Shown one piece after another: positions 29,432 to 37,355 of a stretch of 38,101 bases of DNA (position 1 is its first letter; every line of letters begins with the position of its first letter). The position numbers and the translations under genes were made by a program. Below the pieces are notes generated by a model. It saw only the letters and a program-made list of their open reading frames with translations, made no database searches and had not been told where the DNA came from. The DNA is from a virus. Location: positions 1 through 38,101 of the IMG/VR virus record IMGVR_UViG_3300040801_000957; one strand, written 5' to 3'.

Positions 29432-31693
29432 CTAGGCTGACTCGCTTGCTCCGGCGGGCTGACCAGATTGTGGAAGAGCTACCCCTGCCCCAAGTATCGT
29501 CAGTACAGCCGCAGGGACCAAGCCCTTATCAACGAGCTCTTGGACTCCTTTCAAACCCTTATTTATCAAGGCCTCACGTACCATCATCAGACGTTCGCTT
29601 CGTGGGCCCACTTCCTCGTAGATCTCAGTCATAGCCTGGTCTACCTTTTCCAGGCGCTCTGCCAGTTGACCCATAACCTGGTCTATATCGTCGCCTACGC
29701 CGGACGCCTCGAGTTCCTTAAGGTAAGCAGATGGCGTATATTCGTCCCAGGACCCAATCAAGTCGCCTGACGTCACACCCCAGGTCGGCTTAGTATTGAA
29801 TTCAGATTTTACCAGGTTGTTAATTTCTTTTTGCCACTCTTTGGCCACATTTTGATCGCCCTCCACGCCGCGCTCTTTGGCCCAGGCTTTCAGGCCGTCA
29901 GGGTCAGTCATCAGTCTAACACCTTTCTTGGTATTAACCGGGAAGACATTGCCGCCAAACAGCTCGTCAACCTTCGCGCCAAACTCGGTCATTTCTGCCT
30001 GAGTCAATGCGCCGCCTACATCAATGTCTGCTGCGTTTCGCTCAACCAACTTGCCGCCAGGCTTAAAGAAGTTCATTCCTACACTTTCCTGGCCTCTCAG
30101 GAGGCCATGGCCCGCAGATATGCCTCGCATTAGGCTTGTGCTTGCCGGGTCCATCACAAGGCCGTCAGTGCCCACCAGAGTCTGCACAACGTCAGCCGGC
30201 GCAGAGAATCCCTTGTAATTACCAAAGCCCGTTTCTGTAGGTCTGGTTAGCCCGCCCGCCGCCAGTGAGAGAATATCTCTACCATGATCATCAGACATGA
30301 CGGTCCGCTGCGCTTCCTGGAGGCCCATAAGGGCTTCTGGGTTCTCTCTCAGACCTGCCAGATGGTTAAGGCCTAATGCAGGCTCAGACTCTACGTTAAT
30401 GTTCGCTGTGAGCCGGTCCAGGTTAGAACTAAAATCCTCGGCTGCCTTCTCTACAGGTATGCCCTCGCTTCGTGATTTGATACTGGTCCAGATAGCTGCC
30501 TCCATTTTTTCCAGGTTCCAGTCATCAAACCCGCCAAGCTTCTCAGCATTTGCTCTGTTGACCAGCTCCTGCATTTCGGCATCCATAAATCTATGTTGAG
30601 CACCAGAGAATCCGCCGTCCCAGTCAATTAGATCACCGGTCTTGGGGTCTTTTCGTTTATATCCAAATGCTCGACCCATCCACAGGTCATTCGTTGGCCG
30701 GCTTGCTTCTTCGCCAGGCTTAACAGTTACACCCTCATAGAAAGGACCAACCTTCGCGCCCATCGTGACATTACCCTCTGGGATCTGGTTAGTCATTCGC
30801 CTTACCGCATTAGGGAAGCGCCCTGTGTTAATTTCATTGCCCGTGACATACTGGTTGTAGCCTTTAATGCCAAAGGTTTGGTTAGCGGGCACACTGGCAC
30901 CCTGTGAAGTCTGGGCATCCATTAATGCTTTTAGTTGTGTGTAGCCTGGTCGGTCGCCAGTCAAGTCTCGGTTTAGTTGTGAGCTCTGGTCGTACCAGGA
31001 CCTTCCAGGAATGCCCTCTTCGGCCATGTCAAACAGGCTATTCCTGAGTTTGCCCAGTGCCTGTGGTGAACGTATGCCGTCTGGCGCACCTGAATATTTC
31101 CCTGTGGTACCTACGCGCTTAGGCGCTTTTGTAATTGGTGGCTTAGAAATTTCTACATTGACCTCTGGCACGTCACGCATTCTGACGCCGCCCAGGATCT
31201 CGCCCGCAACATCTTCCATGGTATCTGCGCCGGCCTTAAACCCTTTTTTGATTATGTTCGAACCAGGTATGGCCAAGCCGGCTGCTGCTAGTGTGCCGCC
31301 CAGGATGTTTCCTTGGTCGGCCTCTCGCTTCCAGTCCTGTATAGCCTGAGCATCACCAATGCCAGGCGCTATCTCACCAAGCAATGCAACGCCCTGGCCA
31401 AGCTTCATGGAAGTATCTGGAGTTAACCCGGCGCCACGTGCCTTGTCTGATACCCAGTCACCCATGCGGTCTGTGAATCGCTCAGGTTCGCCATAGGCGC
31501 CCGGCGCACGTTCTCGGTCACGCTGCTCTAAAAAGCCAGACAACGCACTTTTGGGCTGACCCCCGATGGTGCCTACTGATCCGCTGTCTGGCATAACTGA
31601 CGCCATATTCATCTGGCGAAAGTATTCCTTAATGTCATCGTCTGACATACTGTCAGAGAAGTTTATGTATTTATCTCTGAACTTGACTATCAT
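29432..31693 (-). CDS. Large head-module protein of unknown function (753 aa)
   Basis: ATGA-coupled to the portal stop. No motif recognised (no HExxH, Walker or transglycosylase signature seen). Confidence 0.6.
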   Translation of the reverse strand: MIVKFRDKYINFSDSMSDDDIKEYFRQMNMASVMPDSGSVGTIGGQPKSALSGFLEQRDRERAPGAYGEPERFTDRMGDWVSDKARGAGLTPDTSMKLGQGVALLGEIAPGIGDAQAIQDWKREADQGNILGGTLAAAGLAIPGSNIIKKGFKAGADTMEDVAGEILGGVRMRDVPEVNVEISKPPITKAPKRVGTTGKYSGAPDGIRSPQALGKLRNSLFDMAEEGIPGRSWYDQSSQLNRDLTGDRPGYTQLKALMDAQTSQGASVPANQTFGIKGYNQYVTGNEINTGRFPNAVRRMTNQIPEGNVTMGAKVGPFYEGVTVKPGEEASRPTNDLWMGRAFGYKRKDPKTGDLIDWDGGFSGAQHRFMDAEMQELVNRANAEKLGGFDDWNLEKMEAAIWTSIKSRSEGIPVEKAAEDFSSNLDRLTANINVESEPALGLNHLAGLRENPEALMGLQEAQRTVMSDDHGRDILSLAAGGLTRPTETGFGNYKGFSAPADVVQTLVGTDGLVMDPASTSLMRGISAGHGLLRGQESVGMNFFKPGGKLVERNAADIDVGGALTQAEMTEFGAKVDELFGGNVFPVNTKKGVRLMTDPDGLKAWAKERGVEGDQNVAKEWQKEINNLVKSEFNTKPTWGVTSGDLIGSWDEYTPSAYLKELEASGVGDDIDQVMGQLAERLEKVDQAMTEIYEEVGPRSERLMMVREALINKGLKGVQELVDKGLVPAAVLTILGAGVALPQSGQPAGASESA

Positions 31694-33906
31694 TCTATTT
31701 CTCCAGTGTCCTCGTTAAACACCCTAATATTGTCATCCAGTGGCACAATGTTGCCCTCCTGTAATCGCTCAAGGATGTTCAGTACACCAGACTTTTGAAT
31801 ATCATTCTCAGCGGCAATCTTCTCGGCTTCGGCTTTAGTCTTGGCGGCTGCGGCGAGTTTCTGCGCCGTTGAAGCGCGTTTTTCATCCACTTCAGCCTTG
31901 GCTTTTTGGGCATCAATCGCCTGGTCGCCTTGCTTCTGCATGGCGTCAAACTCAGCTTTTTGCTTATCCAGGATAGCCTGCTCACGCTCAATCTGGAGTC
32001 GCTGATTATCCATTTCAATTTTGGCAAAATCGCTCTGCATCCTGGCTTGCGTTTCCATCTGCTTAGTCTGAGCATTAGTCACATCGGCCTGGCCTTTTAA
32101 TTCCTCAGCACGTGCCAGGACCATGTTGGGGTCCTCTGGTGGTGGTTGCTGTGCCGCCGCCTGGGCCGCTTGTAATTCCTCTTCGGTCATCTGGTCCTGC
32201 GGTATCAGTCCCGCCTGCAACATACCCTGACGCACCCTCTCAGCCGCCAGGTCCATGCCTGGGGCATCCATCGCATCCATGATCAGGTCACGACTGTACT
32301 CAAGCATGGTTGGGTCAATAGTCGCCAGGTCAATGATTCTCTGGGCTGATTCGCGCTTCTTAGACTTGTAGTCCTTGCCCATTTCAATATAGATGTCGTA
32401 CTTGCCTGCTGCCAGGTTGTTTATCTCAACCACCTGACCAGTCTGTTGATCAACGGCCGTGGTGTACAGCGTCTGCATTTCGTGGGTGCCATCCTCGTTC
32501 AGGATACGTATGGTGCGCGTAGAATCATACACTCTAGGGATTGCATCAACCAGGATTGCTCCAGTCGTATTGATTCCTACCTCAAGCGCATCGAACCATT
32601 TCTGGCTCATGTTGTCGCCCTTGTCCTGCAATTGCTCCAGGGCCACGCCTGATTGAATATTCGGATTATCGCCCATACTAGCTGCAAACATGCCGGCTGA
32701 TTCGGTGATGTCGTTATTCATCTGAGCGGCGATCTGTTGCAGCCCTGGGTTAACCACGTTAGCCGGCATTTTGAATGGCGGCTGCTGACCGTCCACGTGT
32801 TCATAGAATTGTACTGGGTCGGCGTTTTGATTTAGTGTGGCCAGTTTGCTTGTGTTGCCTGCTGCCTGCTCCCTGGTCATCCACACCTTTTCACGCGGTG
32901 ATAGAGCGCCCTCTTCAATCTGCCTGGATGTAGCATAGTTGTAAACGCGCTGCGGGTCCTTCATCTTGGTAACCACACCACGGAATATGCGCTTATTCTC
33001 AGTGACGTTGAAATTGCCGTAGATGGTTACGACCGGAATGCGTTCGCAAAACACAGTTTCCTGCTTGTCGTTCAGCCAATTCTGCCCATTAAACAGCCTG
33101 GAGTAGACATAATCCTTTTTGACGGCCCGGCGCCTGGCTTCAGTAATTTCTGACATCATCATTTCGTCTTGCAGCCTGATAAAATCAGGGTCGTCTGCGT
33201 AATAGACCTTGCCGTCAGACATTTCTACCAGGTCAACATTTTTGGGCTCTTTCCAGTACAGCTTGCCAATAACAACACCATCAGCCTTATCCCAGTAGGC
33301 ATGAGTTTCTCGGCCTTCATCAACGCCCTGGTCATTTTTGTTTTTGGGATACATTTTCTCATACGCTTCCCGCTCAACAAACGTAAGGACAACACACCAC
33401 TTGGCGTCACTATGGTCCTCTTCCATGCTGTTAGGGTCCCAATACACCCTATCCAAAGCATTGTGAATGGGCTTAATCACCAGGTCCTGGTCAAAGCTGT
33501 CGCTTGTCAGGTAATCGCTCACGACCTCCCAGGACGCCATGCCTGAGATAACATTCTGCCTACTGGCCTGCTTGATGATCCGCTCACCACTGGAGTGAGA
33601 CATAATCTGTCTGATCAGGCCATCGAATATCTTTGAGTTATCTTCGAAGTCGCCCGTTGGTCTGCTGCGGATAGTAAACTCTGCTTGCTCAATATCAGAG
33701 CATATCTGGTCAACTACAGGGCTTGTCTTATCAAAGGTGTACCTGGGGCGTTTATCCATTTTCTGGATAATTTCGTATTCCCACTGGCCATCAGGTTTTT
33801 CTATGAAATGTATTGAGTCTCGGCCTTCGTCACGGACATCTTCCTCATATCCTTGGACCGTTTCAATTTTGGAAATTAGCTCGTCATGCTTGATCATGGT
33901 TACCAT
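31690..33906 (-). CDS. Portal protein (large, P22 gp1-like, with a C-terminal coiled-coil barrel region)
   Basis: 738 aa and immediately downstream of TerL. The C-terminal ~130 aa are charged and helical (QMETQARMQSDFAKIEMDNQRLQIEREQAILDKQKAEFDAMQKQ...), like the P22 portal barrel. Confidence 0.8.
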   Translation of the reverse strand: MVTMIKHDELISKIETVQGYEEDVRDEGRDSIHFIEKPDGQWEYEIIQKMDKRPRYTFDKTSPVVDQICSDIEQAEFTIRSRPTGDFEDNSKIFDGLIRQIMSHSSGERIIKQASRQNVISGMASWEVVSDYLTSDSFDQDLVIKPIHNALDRVYWDPNSMEEDHSDAKWCVVLTFVEREAYEKMYPKNKNDQGVDEGRETHAYWDKADGVVIGKLYWKEPKNVDLVEMSDGKVYYADDPDFIRLQDEMMMSEITEARRRAVKKDYVYSRLFNGQNWLNDKQETVFCERIPVVTIYGNFNVTENKRIFRGVVTKMKDPQRVYNYATSRQIEEGALSPREKVWMTREQAAGNTSKLATLNQNADPVQFYEHVDGQQPPFKMPANVVNPGLQQIAAQMNNDITESAGMFAASMGDNPNIQSGVALEQLQDKGDNMSQKWFDALEVGINTTGAILVDAIPRVYDSTRTIRILNEDGTHEMQTLYTTAVDQQTGQVVEINNLAAGKYDIYIEMGKDYKSKKRESAQRIIDLATIDPTMLEYSRDLIMDAMDAPGMDLAAERVRQGMLQAGLIPQDQMTEEELQAAQAAAQQPPPEDPNMVLARAEELKGQADVTNAQTKQMETQARMQSDFAKIEMDNQRLQIEREQAILDKQKAEFDAMQKQGDQAIDAQKAKAEVDEKRASTAQKLAAAAKTKAEAEKIAAENDIQKSGVLNILERLQEGNIVPLDDNIRVFNEDTGEIE

Positions 33907-35351
33907 CCAGTAAAATCAATATCCTCGACCACTTTGGCTTTGCTCTCTTGTTGGAGCATTATCAAACAGTCGGCCATGTTGGGTGAAGCAATGCCGTGTT
34001 TCGACTTCATTTCTGGCTTACCCATTAATTGTATTTTGCCCGATGGGTTGGGTTTCAGTGGTAATCGACATACCTCGGACCTCAACTTATCAAGCAATTT
34101 TATCTCAGAACTAATCGAAATGATAGAGTCAGGGTCCTGGTGCTTGCCTTTTGTTACCCACAGATAGGTTCTAAACATTCGATCAGCCAGGCGCACAGCA
34201 AACTGGGCCTTGCGGTTAAAGAAGGTTTCCTGGTTGGTTTTAGGTGTATCGCTGCGCCCTATCTTATACACACCCTCATAGACCTGTTTGGGGTTTTCTA
34301 CGGCGTTACTGGCTTTGAACATACGCACATCAACAGATCGCCCATCAAAGGCCCTGTTAATGTCCCTGCGTAATAAGGCGCCCAGGCCATCACCATCCCA
34401 GACAAACATATCAGCCCTGAATTGGTTCGACTTGCTTAGTATCCAGTCACAAGCTTCATTGCCATCGATGATGTCTATCTCGCCGGCATCCCTCACCAGG
34501 ATACCCTCGGTTAACACATAGCCTTTGGCATCGTCACCGGCATCAGCAGGGTCGAATGCGGCGCGTCTTTGGCCGAATGGTTCAATGCCTAGTTTCTTGT
34601 GTGCGTCAATACAGGCATCAAACACCTTCTTGCGGATCAGGGCATCCTCTACGCTCTCATTGTAGGCGCCGTTCCAGATCCAGTCGTACTCGTCCTCGTC
34701 TAACATTTCCAAGTCGTCTTGCCTTTCTTGTTCTAGTTCAGGCGGGAACCAGGGGTTTTCAGTATAGTTCACCTGGACGATCATACATAAGTCGTCCTCA
34801 TACCATCCCTTCTTAGCCAGGTCCGCCTCTGCTCGCGCCAGGTACTTCTTGGCTACGGCATCCTCCCGACTATTCCGGTTCATAGTGATCCATATCTCAG
34901 GGACCTTGTCAGAGCCAATCCTAGCACGTATGGACGGCGTCAGTATCTTCAGGCTGTTATCACTCACACTTTCGCCCTCCTCTATCCAGAGCGCGTCTGT
35001 GCCCGCGAGAGACTTCAATGATGTGATGTTTCTGGCCAGGCCCTTGTAGAACATTTCCCCGCCGTTGACTGACCTGATGTGGTTGTTGTCATACCACATG
35101 CCAGGAATATCCAGGCGCTCGATTTCTTGCTTGAGTGATTCGTGTACAGAGTCGTCAATGGAGTTTTGGTATTCACGGGTACCGCAAATGCGCTTACCCT
35201 CTCGGACCTTGGTCAGCATGATGTCGCCTACGCCAATGGATTTGCCAGAGCCGCGACCGCCTACCGCTATCTTAACGCGCTTAGGTTTGCTGTTTAGCCA
35301 CATGATGCCTCTCGGCACCCGTATGTCAATCTTCGCCAGGGGTGTAGTCAC
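33900..35351 (-). CDS. terL: Terminase large subunit
   Basis: Walker A VGGRGSGKS near the N-terminus. 483 aa. Position is between the TerS-like gene and the portal. Confidence 0.9.
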   Translation of the reverse strand: MTTPLAKIDIRVPRGIMWLNSKPKRVKIAVGGRGSGKSIGVGDIMLTKVREGKRICGTREYQNSIDDSVHESLKQEIERLDIPGMWYDNNHIRSVNGGEMFYKGLARNITSLKSLAGTDALWIEEGESVSDNSLKILTPSIRARIGSDKVPEIWITMNRNSREDAVAKKYLARAEADLAKKGWYEDDLCMIVQVNYTENPWFPPELEQERQDDLEMLDEDEYDWIWNGAYNESVEDALIRKKVFDACIDAHKKLGIEPFGQRRAAFDPADAGDDAKGYVLTEGILVRDAGEIDIIDGNEACDWILSKSNQFRADMFVWDGDGLGALLRRDINRAFDGRSVDVRMFKASNAVENPKQVYEGVYKIGRSDTPKTNQETFFNRKAQFAVRLADRMFRTYLWVTKGKHQDPDSIISISSEIKLLDKLRSEVCRLPLKPNPSGKIQLMGKPEMKSKHGIASPNMADCLIMLQQESKAKVVEDIDFTGW

Positions 35352-35796
35352 TGCCGTCTGGATTCACGCCGATCATGTTGAATAGGACCTGCTCGCCACC
35401 ACTAGTGATGTCTTGCTCAGTTTTGTCCTTCCAGTCAAAATTGTTTTTCAGGTTGAATATCAGGCCCGTGACTGCTTGCCCGTAGAGCCGCTTCTCGATG
35501 ACATTCTCAATGACAGATAGGGCCTTTTTTATAGCGGGAAAATATTTCTCCTTGTGCGAGTAGTTGTTAATGGTCTTTCGGTCCACACCCAGAGCGATGG
35601 CCAGACCTGAAACTGTTGGCCTAAACACCAGGTACTCGCCCTTCTGTGTGTATTCTACATCCCATGCGCTTCGCCAGGGCTCTTGCATATCATCTGGGCT
35701 AGATGGCCTTCTAAAGTAGCTGTCAATCGCCTCCTCCAGGTCCTTAACAGTCTTGAATGCCAGTGGCCTTCCCACCGGATTTTTTTCTTTGCTCAT
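35326..35796 (-). CDS. terS: Terminase small subunit
   Basis: The N-terminus KNPVGRPLAFKTVKDLEEAIDSYF is the typical TerS HTH opening (GRPxxF...LxxxIxxYF). It lies directly upstream of terL. Confidence 0.7.
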   Translation of the reverse strand: MSKEKNPVGRPLAFKTVKDLEEAIDSYFRRPSSPDDMQEPWRSAWDVEYTQKGEYLVFRPTVSGLAIALGVDRKTINNYSHKEKYFPAIKKALSVIENVIEKRLYGQAVTGLIFNLKNNFDWKDKTEQDITSGGEQVLFNMIGVNPDGSDYTPGED

Positions 35797-35966
35797 TTGG
35801 TTTCACCCCGACTTTTAATTTCGGATATTTTCTTTTTAAGAATGCCCTCAGTTCGCTTGATGTTTTCATCGTCTTGTTTTTTCCTAATAATATACCCGTC
35901 CCATAATATGGCCAATCCAAAGCCAACCAATACCAGGAACACGGCTATGTGAATATATTCAATCAC
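35793..35966 (-). CDS. Small membrane-anchored protein (57 aa, GTG start)
   Basis: Hand-translated: VIEYIHIAVFLVLVGFGLAILWDGYIIRKKQDDENIKRTEGILKKKISEIKSRGETK. GTGA overlap upstream and ATGA overlap with terS. Confidence 0.4.
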   Translation of the reverse strand: MIEYIHIAVFLVLVGFGLAILWDGYIIRKKQDDENIKRTEGILKKKISEIKSRGETK

Positions 35967-36058
35967 CAATCTCTGTCCTTTACTAGTTGATAAACGCTAT
36001 ACCCTACAACAATCAGGGCACACAGGGCGATCAGGTCGCCGGCTAGTTGCTCAAGCAT
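35963..36058 (-). CDS. Tiny hydrophobic protein (31 aa, MLEQLAGDLIALCALIVVGYSVYQLVKDRDW)
   Basis: Hand-translated and coupled on both sides. Confidence 0.35.
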   Translation of the reverse strand: MLEQLAGDLIALCALIVVGYSVYQLVKDRDW

Positions 36059-36212
36059 TAATGTGTCCTCTGCGTATGTGGTATTTGACCGACATGGCCA
36101 ATAAGGTTGGTTTTGGTAGCCGCCTGCCTAGTTGTGCCTGGTGAATTTCTTCCTGGCGCTTCTCAGCATGCTTAAGGCGCTTTTCATCTTTCAACCGTTT
36201 TGATTTAGTCAT
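36051..36212 (-). CDS. Small basic protein (53 aa, MTKSKRLKDEKRLKHAEKRQEEIHQAQLGRRLPKPTLLAMSVKYHIRRGHINA)
   Basis: Hand-translated, with ATGA overlap to the upstream ORF. Confidence 0.4.
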   Translation of the reverse strand: MTKSKRLKDEKRLKHAEKRQEEIHQAQLGRRLPKPTLLAMSVKYHIRRGHINA

Positions 36213-36355
36213 AACTGCTCCACCCGTTTGAACATATCACCAAATTTGTTGCGAGCATCTATTTTATGTTTGTCCATGCTTTGCCCTTTAGGGTCCACAA
36301 CAAATATTACTGTACCATCAATTAAGTGTATTTTGTACTTTACTGATTTTGTCAT
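36209..36355 (-). CDS. Small protein (48 aa, MTKSVKYKIHLIDGTVIFVVDPKGQSMDKHKIDARNKFGDMFKRVEQL)
   Basis: Hand-translated. Preceded by the conserved box GGAGAGGGTGAAG-ATG (36357..36372). Confidence 0.45.
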   Translation of the reverse strand: MTKSVKYKIHLIDGTVIFVVDPKGQSMDKHKIDARNKFGDMFKRVEQL

Positions 36356-36367
36356 CTTCACCCTCTC

Positions 36368-36598
36368 CTAGTAGTGCCATCGTTCGTCAAAGTCTGGATA
36401 GTCTTTCGTAACGTCAAAGGTTACATGTGGCTCATACTCAATTTTTTTATCCAGTATGATGTCTCTGAGTTCCCTGAACATATCCTGTTCATTCTCTTTA
36501 AACCCATCATCAGCATGACCGCATAGGATTGCGTGAGCCTTTTGCAGTTTAAGAGATACACGCTGATTGTAATTTAAAGGATGCTTTGTTTTAACCAT
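36368..36598 (-). CDS. Hypothetical protein (76 aa from ATG 36598)
   Basis: The track frame opens with GTG at 36604. ATG 36598 follows the conserved box AGAGAGGGTGAAG and overlaps the upstream stop. Confidence 0.6.
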   Translation of the reverse strand: MVKTKHPLNYNQRVSLKLQKAHAILCGHADDGFKENEQDMFRELRDIILDKKIEYEPHVTFDVTKDYPDFDERWHY

Positions 36599-36842
36599 CT
36601 TCACCCTCTCTTAGTTTGGCTATGTATCTAATCGCGTCAGGGTCAGTGTCTATACCCAAAGCGTCAGCCATTTTTTGACAACCATCAGCGATTATTTTGT
36701 TTTTGCTGACTGGTTGGGATTCGTTTAATGCCTTGCTCATTTCATTCCAATCGACATCAATGTCATAGCAATTGAGCGCATCATTAATGACATTTTCTAG
36801 CCGCGCTATACGACTTTTTAGTAAAGTGATTTCATCCGTCAT
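36591..36842 (-). CDS. Hypothetical protein (83 aa); C-terminus IAKLREGEDG is shared with 37704..38033
   Basis: ORF coupled to the upstream 32-codon ORF. Confidence 0.6.
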   Translation of the reverse strand: MTDEITLLKSRIARLENVINDALNCYDIDVDWNEMSKALNESQPVSKNKIIADGCQKMADALGIDTDPDAIRYIAKLREGEDG

Positions 36843-36930
36843 TTCTGAATTCTCCGTGGTATTTTTTCCTAGCTTCGCTTACAGCAATAGCCAGGTTCAA
36901 TTCTGCATCAGTCATCGCTTGTTGGTTCAT
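36832..36930 (-). CDS. Tiny ORF (32 aa, MNQQAMTDAELNLAIAVSEARKKYHGEFRNDG)
   Basis: Hand-translated. Preceded by TAGGAGAAGATA-ATG, identical to the cassette at 37028..43. The stop overlaps ATG 36842. Confidence 0.4.
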   Translation of the reverse strand: MNQQAMTDAELNLAIAVSEARKKYHGEFRNDG

Positions 36931-36944
36931 TATCTTCTCCTATA

Positions 36945-37005
36945 AATCCTATTTAACTAGGATTTGAGTTATAAAAAACAATATATACATCATTAATCCT
37001 AGTTA
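36945..37005. promoter_or_regulatory. Three copies of AATCCTA(G/T)TTA forming two mutually exclusive hairpins around a 30-nt AT-rich spacer
   Basis: a = 36945..36955, b = 36954..36964 (inverted), c = 36995..37005. b pairs with c over 11 bp, or with a over 7 bp. Confidence 0.5.
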
Positions 37006-37031
37006 GTTAGGCGATATTTATGTTGTGTCAT
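36999..37031 (-). CDS. 10-codon leader-type ORF (MTQHKYRLTN)
   Basis: Perfect SD cassette TAGGAGAAGATA-ATG. Its stop codon lies inside hairpin arm c. Confidence 0.3.
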   Translation of the reverse strand: MTQHKYRLTN

Positions 37032-37040
37032 TATCTTCTC

Positions 37041-37355
37041 CTAGCCATAGCCAGAGCCATAGCCAGAGCCAAAGCCATCGCCATCGCCATAGCCAGAGCC
37101 TAAGCCTGAGCCTGAACCAGTGCCTGAGCCTGAGTTATAACCTAAGCCATAACCTGAGCCATAACCTGAGCCATCGCCTGAGCCAATGCTTACGCCATAG
37201 CCAAATCCATAGCCAAAGCCTGAGCCATCGCCAAAGCCTGAGCCAGAGCCATCGCCTGAGCCAGAGCCAGAGCCATCGCCTGAGCCAGAGCCAGAGCCAT
37301 CGCCTGAGCCTTTGCTAAAGCAATTCTTCATACTAGGAAGTGTTACACTTTCCAT
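37041..37355 (-). CDS. (Gly-X)n repeat protein (104 aa): 15-aa N-terminus followed by about 44 consecutive Gly-X dipeptides
   Basis: SD AGGAG lies 7 nt upstream of ATG 37355. The sequence is GSGDGSGSGSGDGSG...GFGYGFGYG...GYGSGYG. X is S, D, Y, F, L, T, V or I, and no K, R, H, E, P, C or W follows residue 15. Confidence 0.6.
   Translation of the reverse strand: MESVTLPSMKNCFSKGSGDGSGSGSGDGSGSGSGDGSGSGFGDGSGFGYGFGYGVSIGSGDGSGYGSGYGLGYNSGSGTGSGSGLGSGYGDGDGFGSGYGSGYG

Noticed and set aside
35744-35926. 60-aa minus-strand track ORF upstream of terS
   Set aside because: It is in a different frame from the chain of coupled small ORFs. The GTG-start 57-aa frame (35793..35966) fits the GTGA/ATGA coupling on both sides, whereas this frame overlaps terS by 53 nt.
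36851-36925. tRNA-like GGTTCAATTC string (agccaggttcaattctgc)
   Set aside because: The flanking sequence cannot form a T-arm stem or an acceptor stem, and the region is covered by a coupled small ORF.
37025-37318. 97-aa plus-strand ORF (SHSQSHSQSQSHRHRH...) antisense to the Gly-X gene
   Set aside because: An open antisense frame is automatic for a (GCC-NNN)n repeat. It has no SD, stands alone against about 36 kb of minus-strand genes, and the minus-strand frame has a good SD and stop/start coupling.
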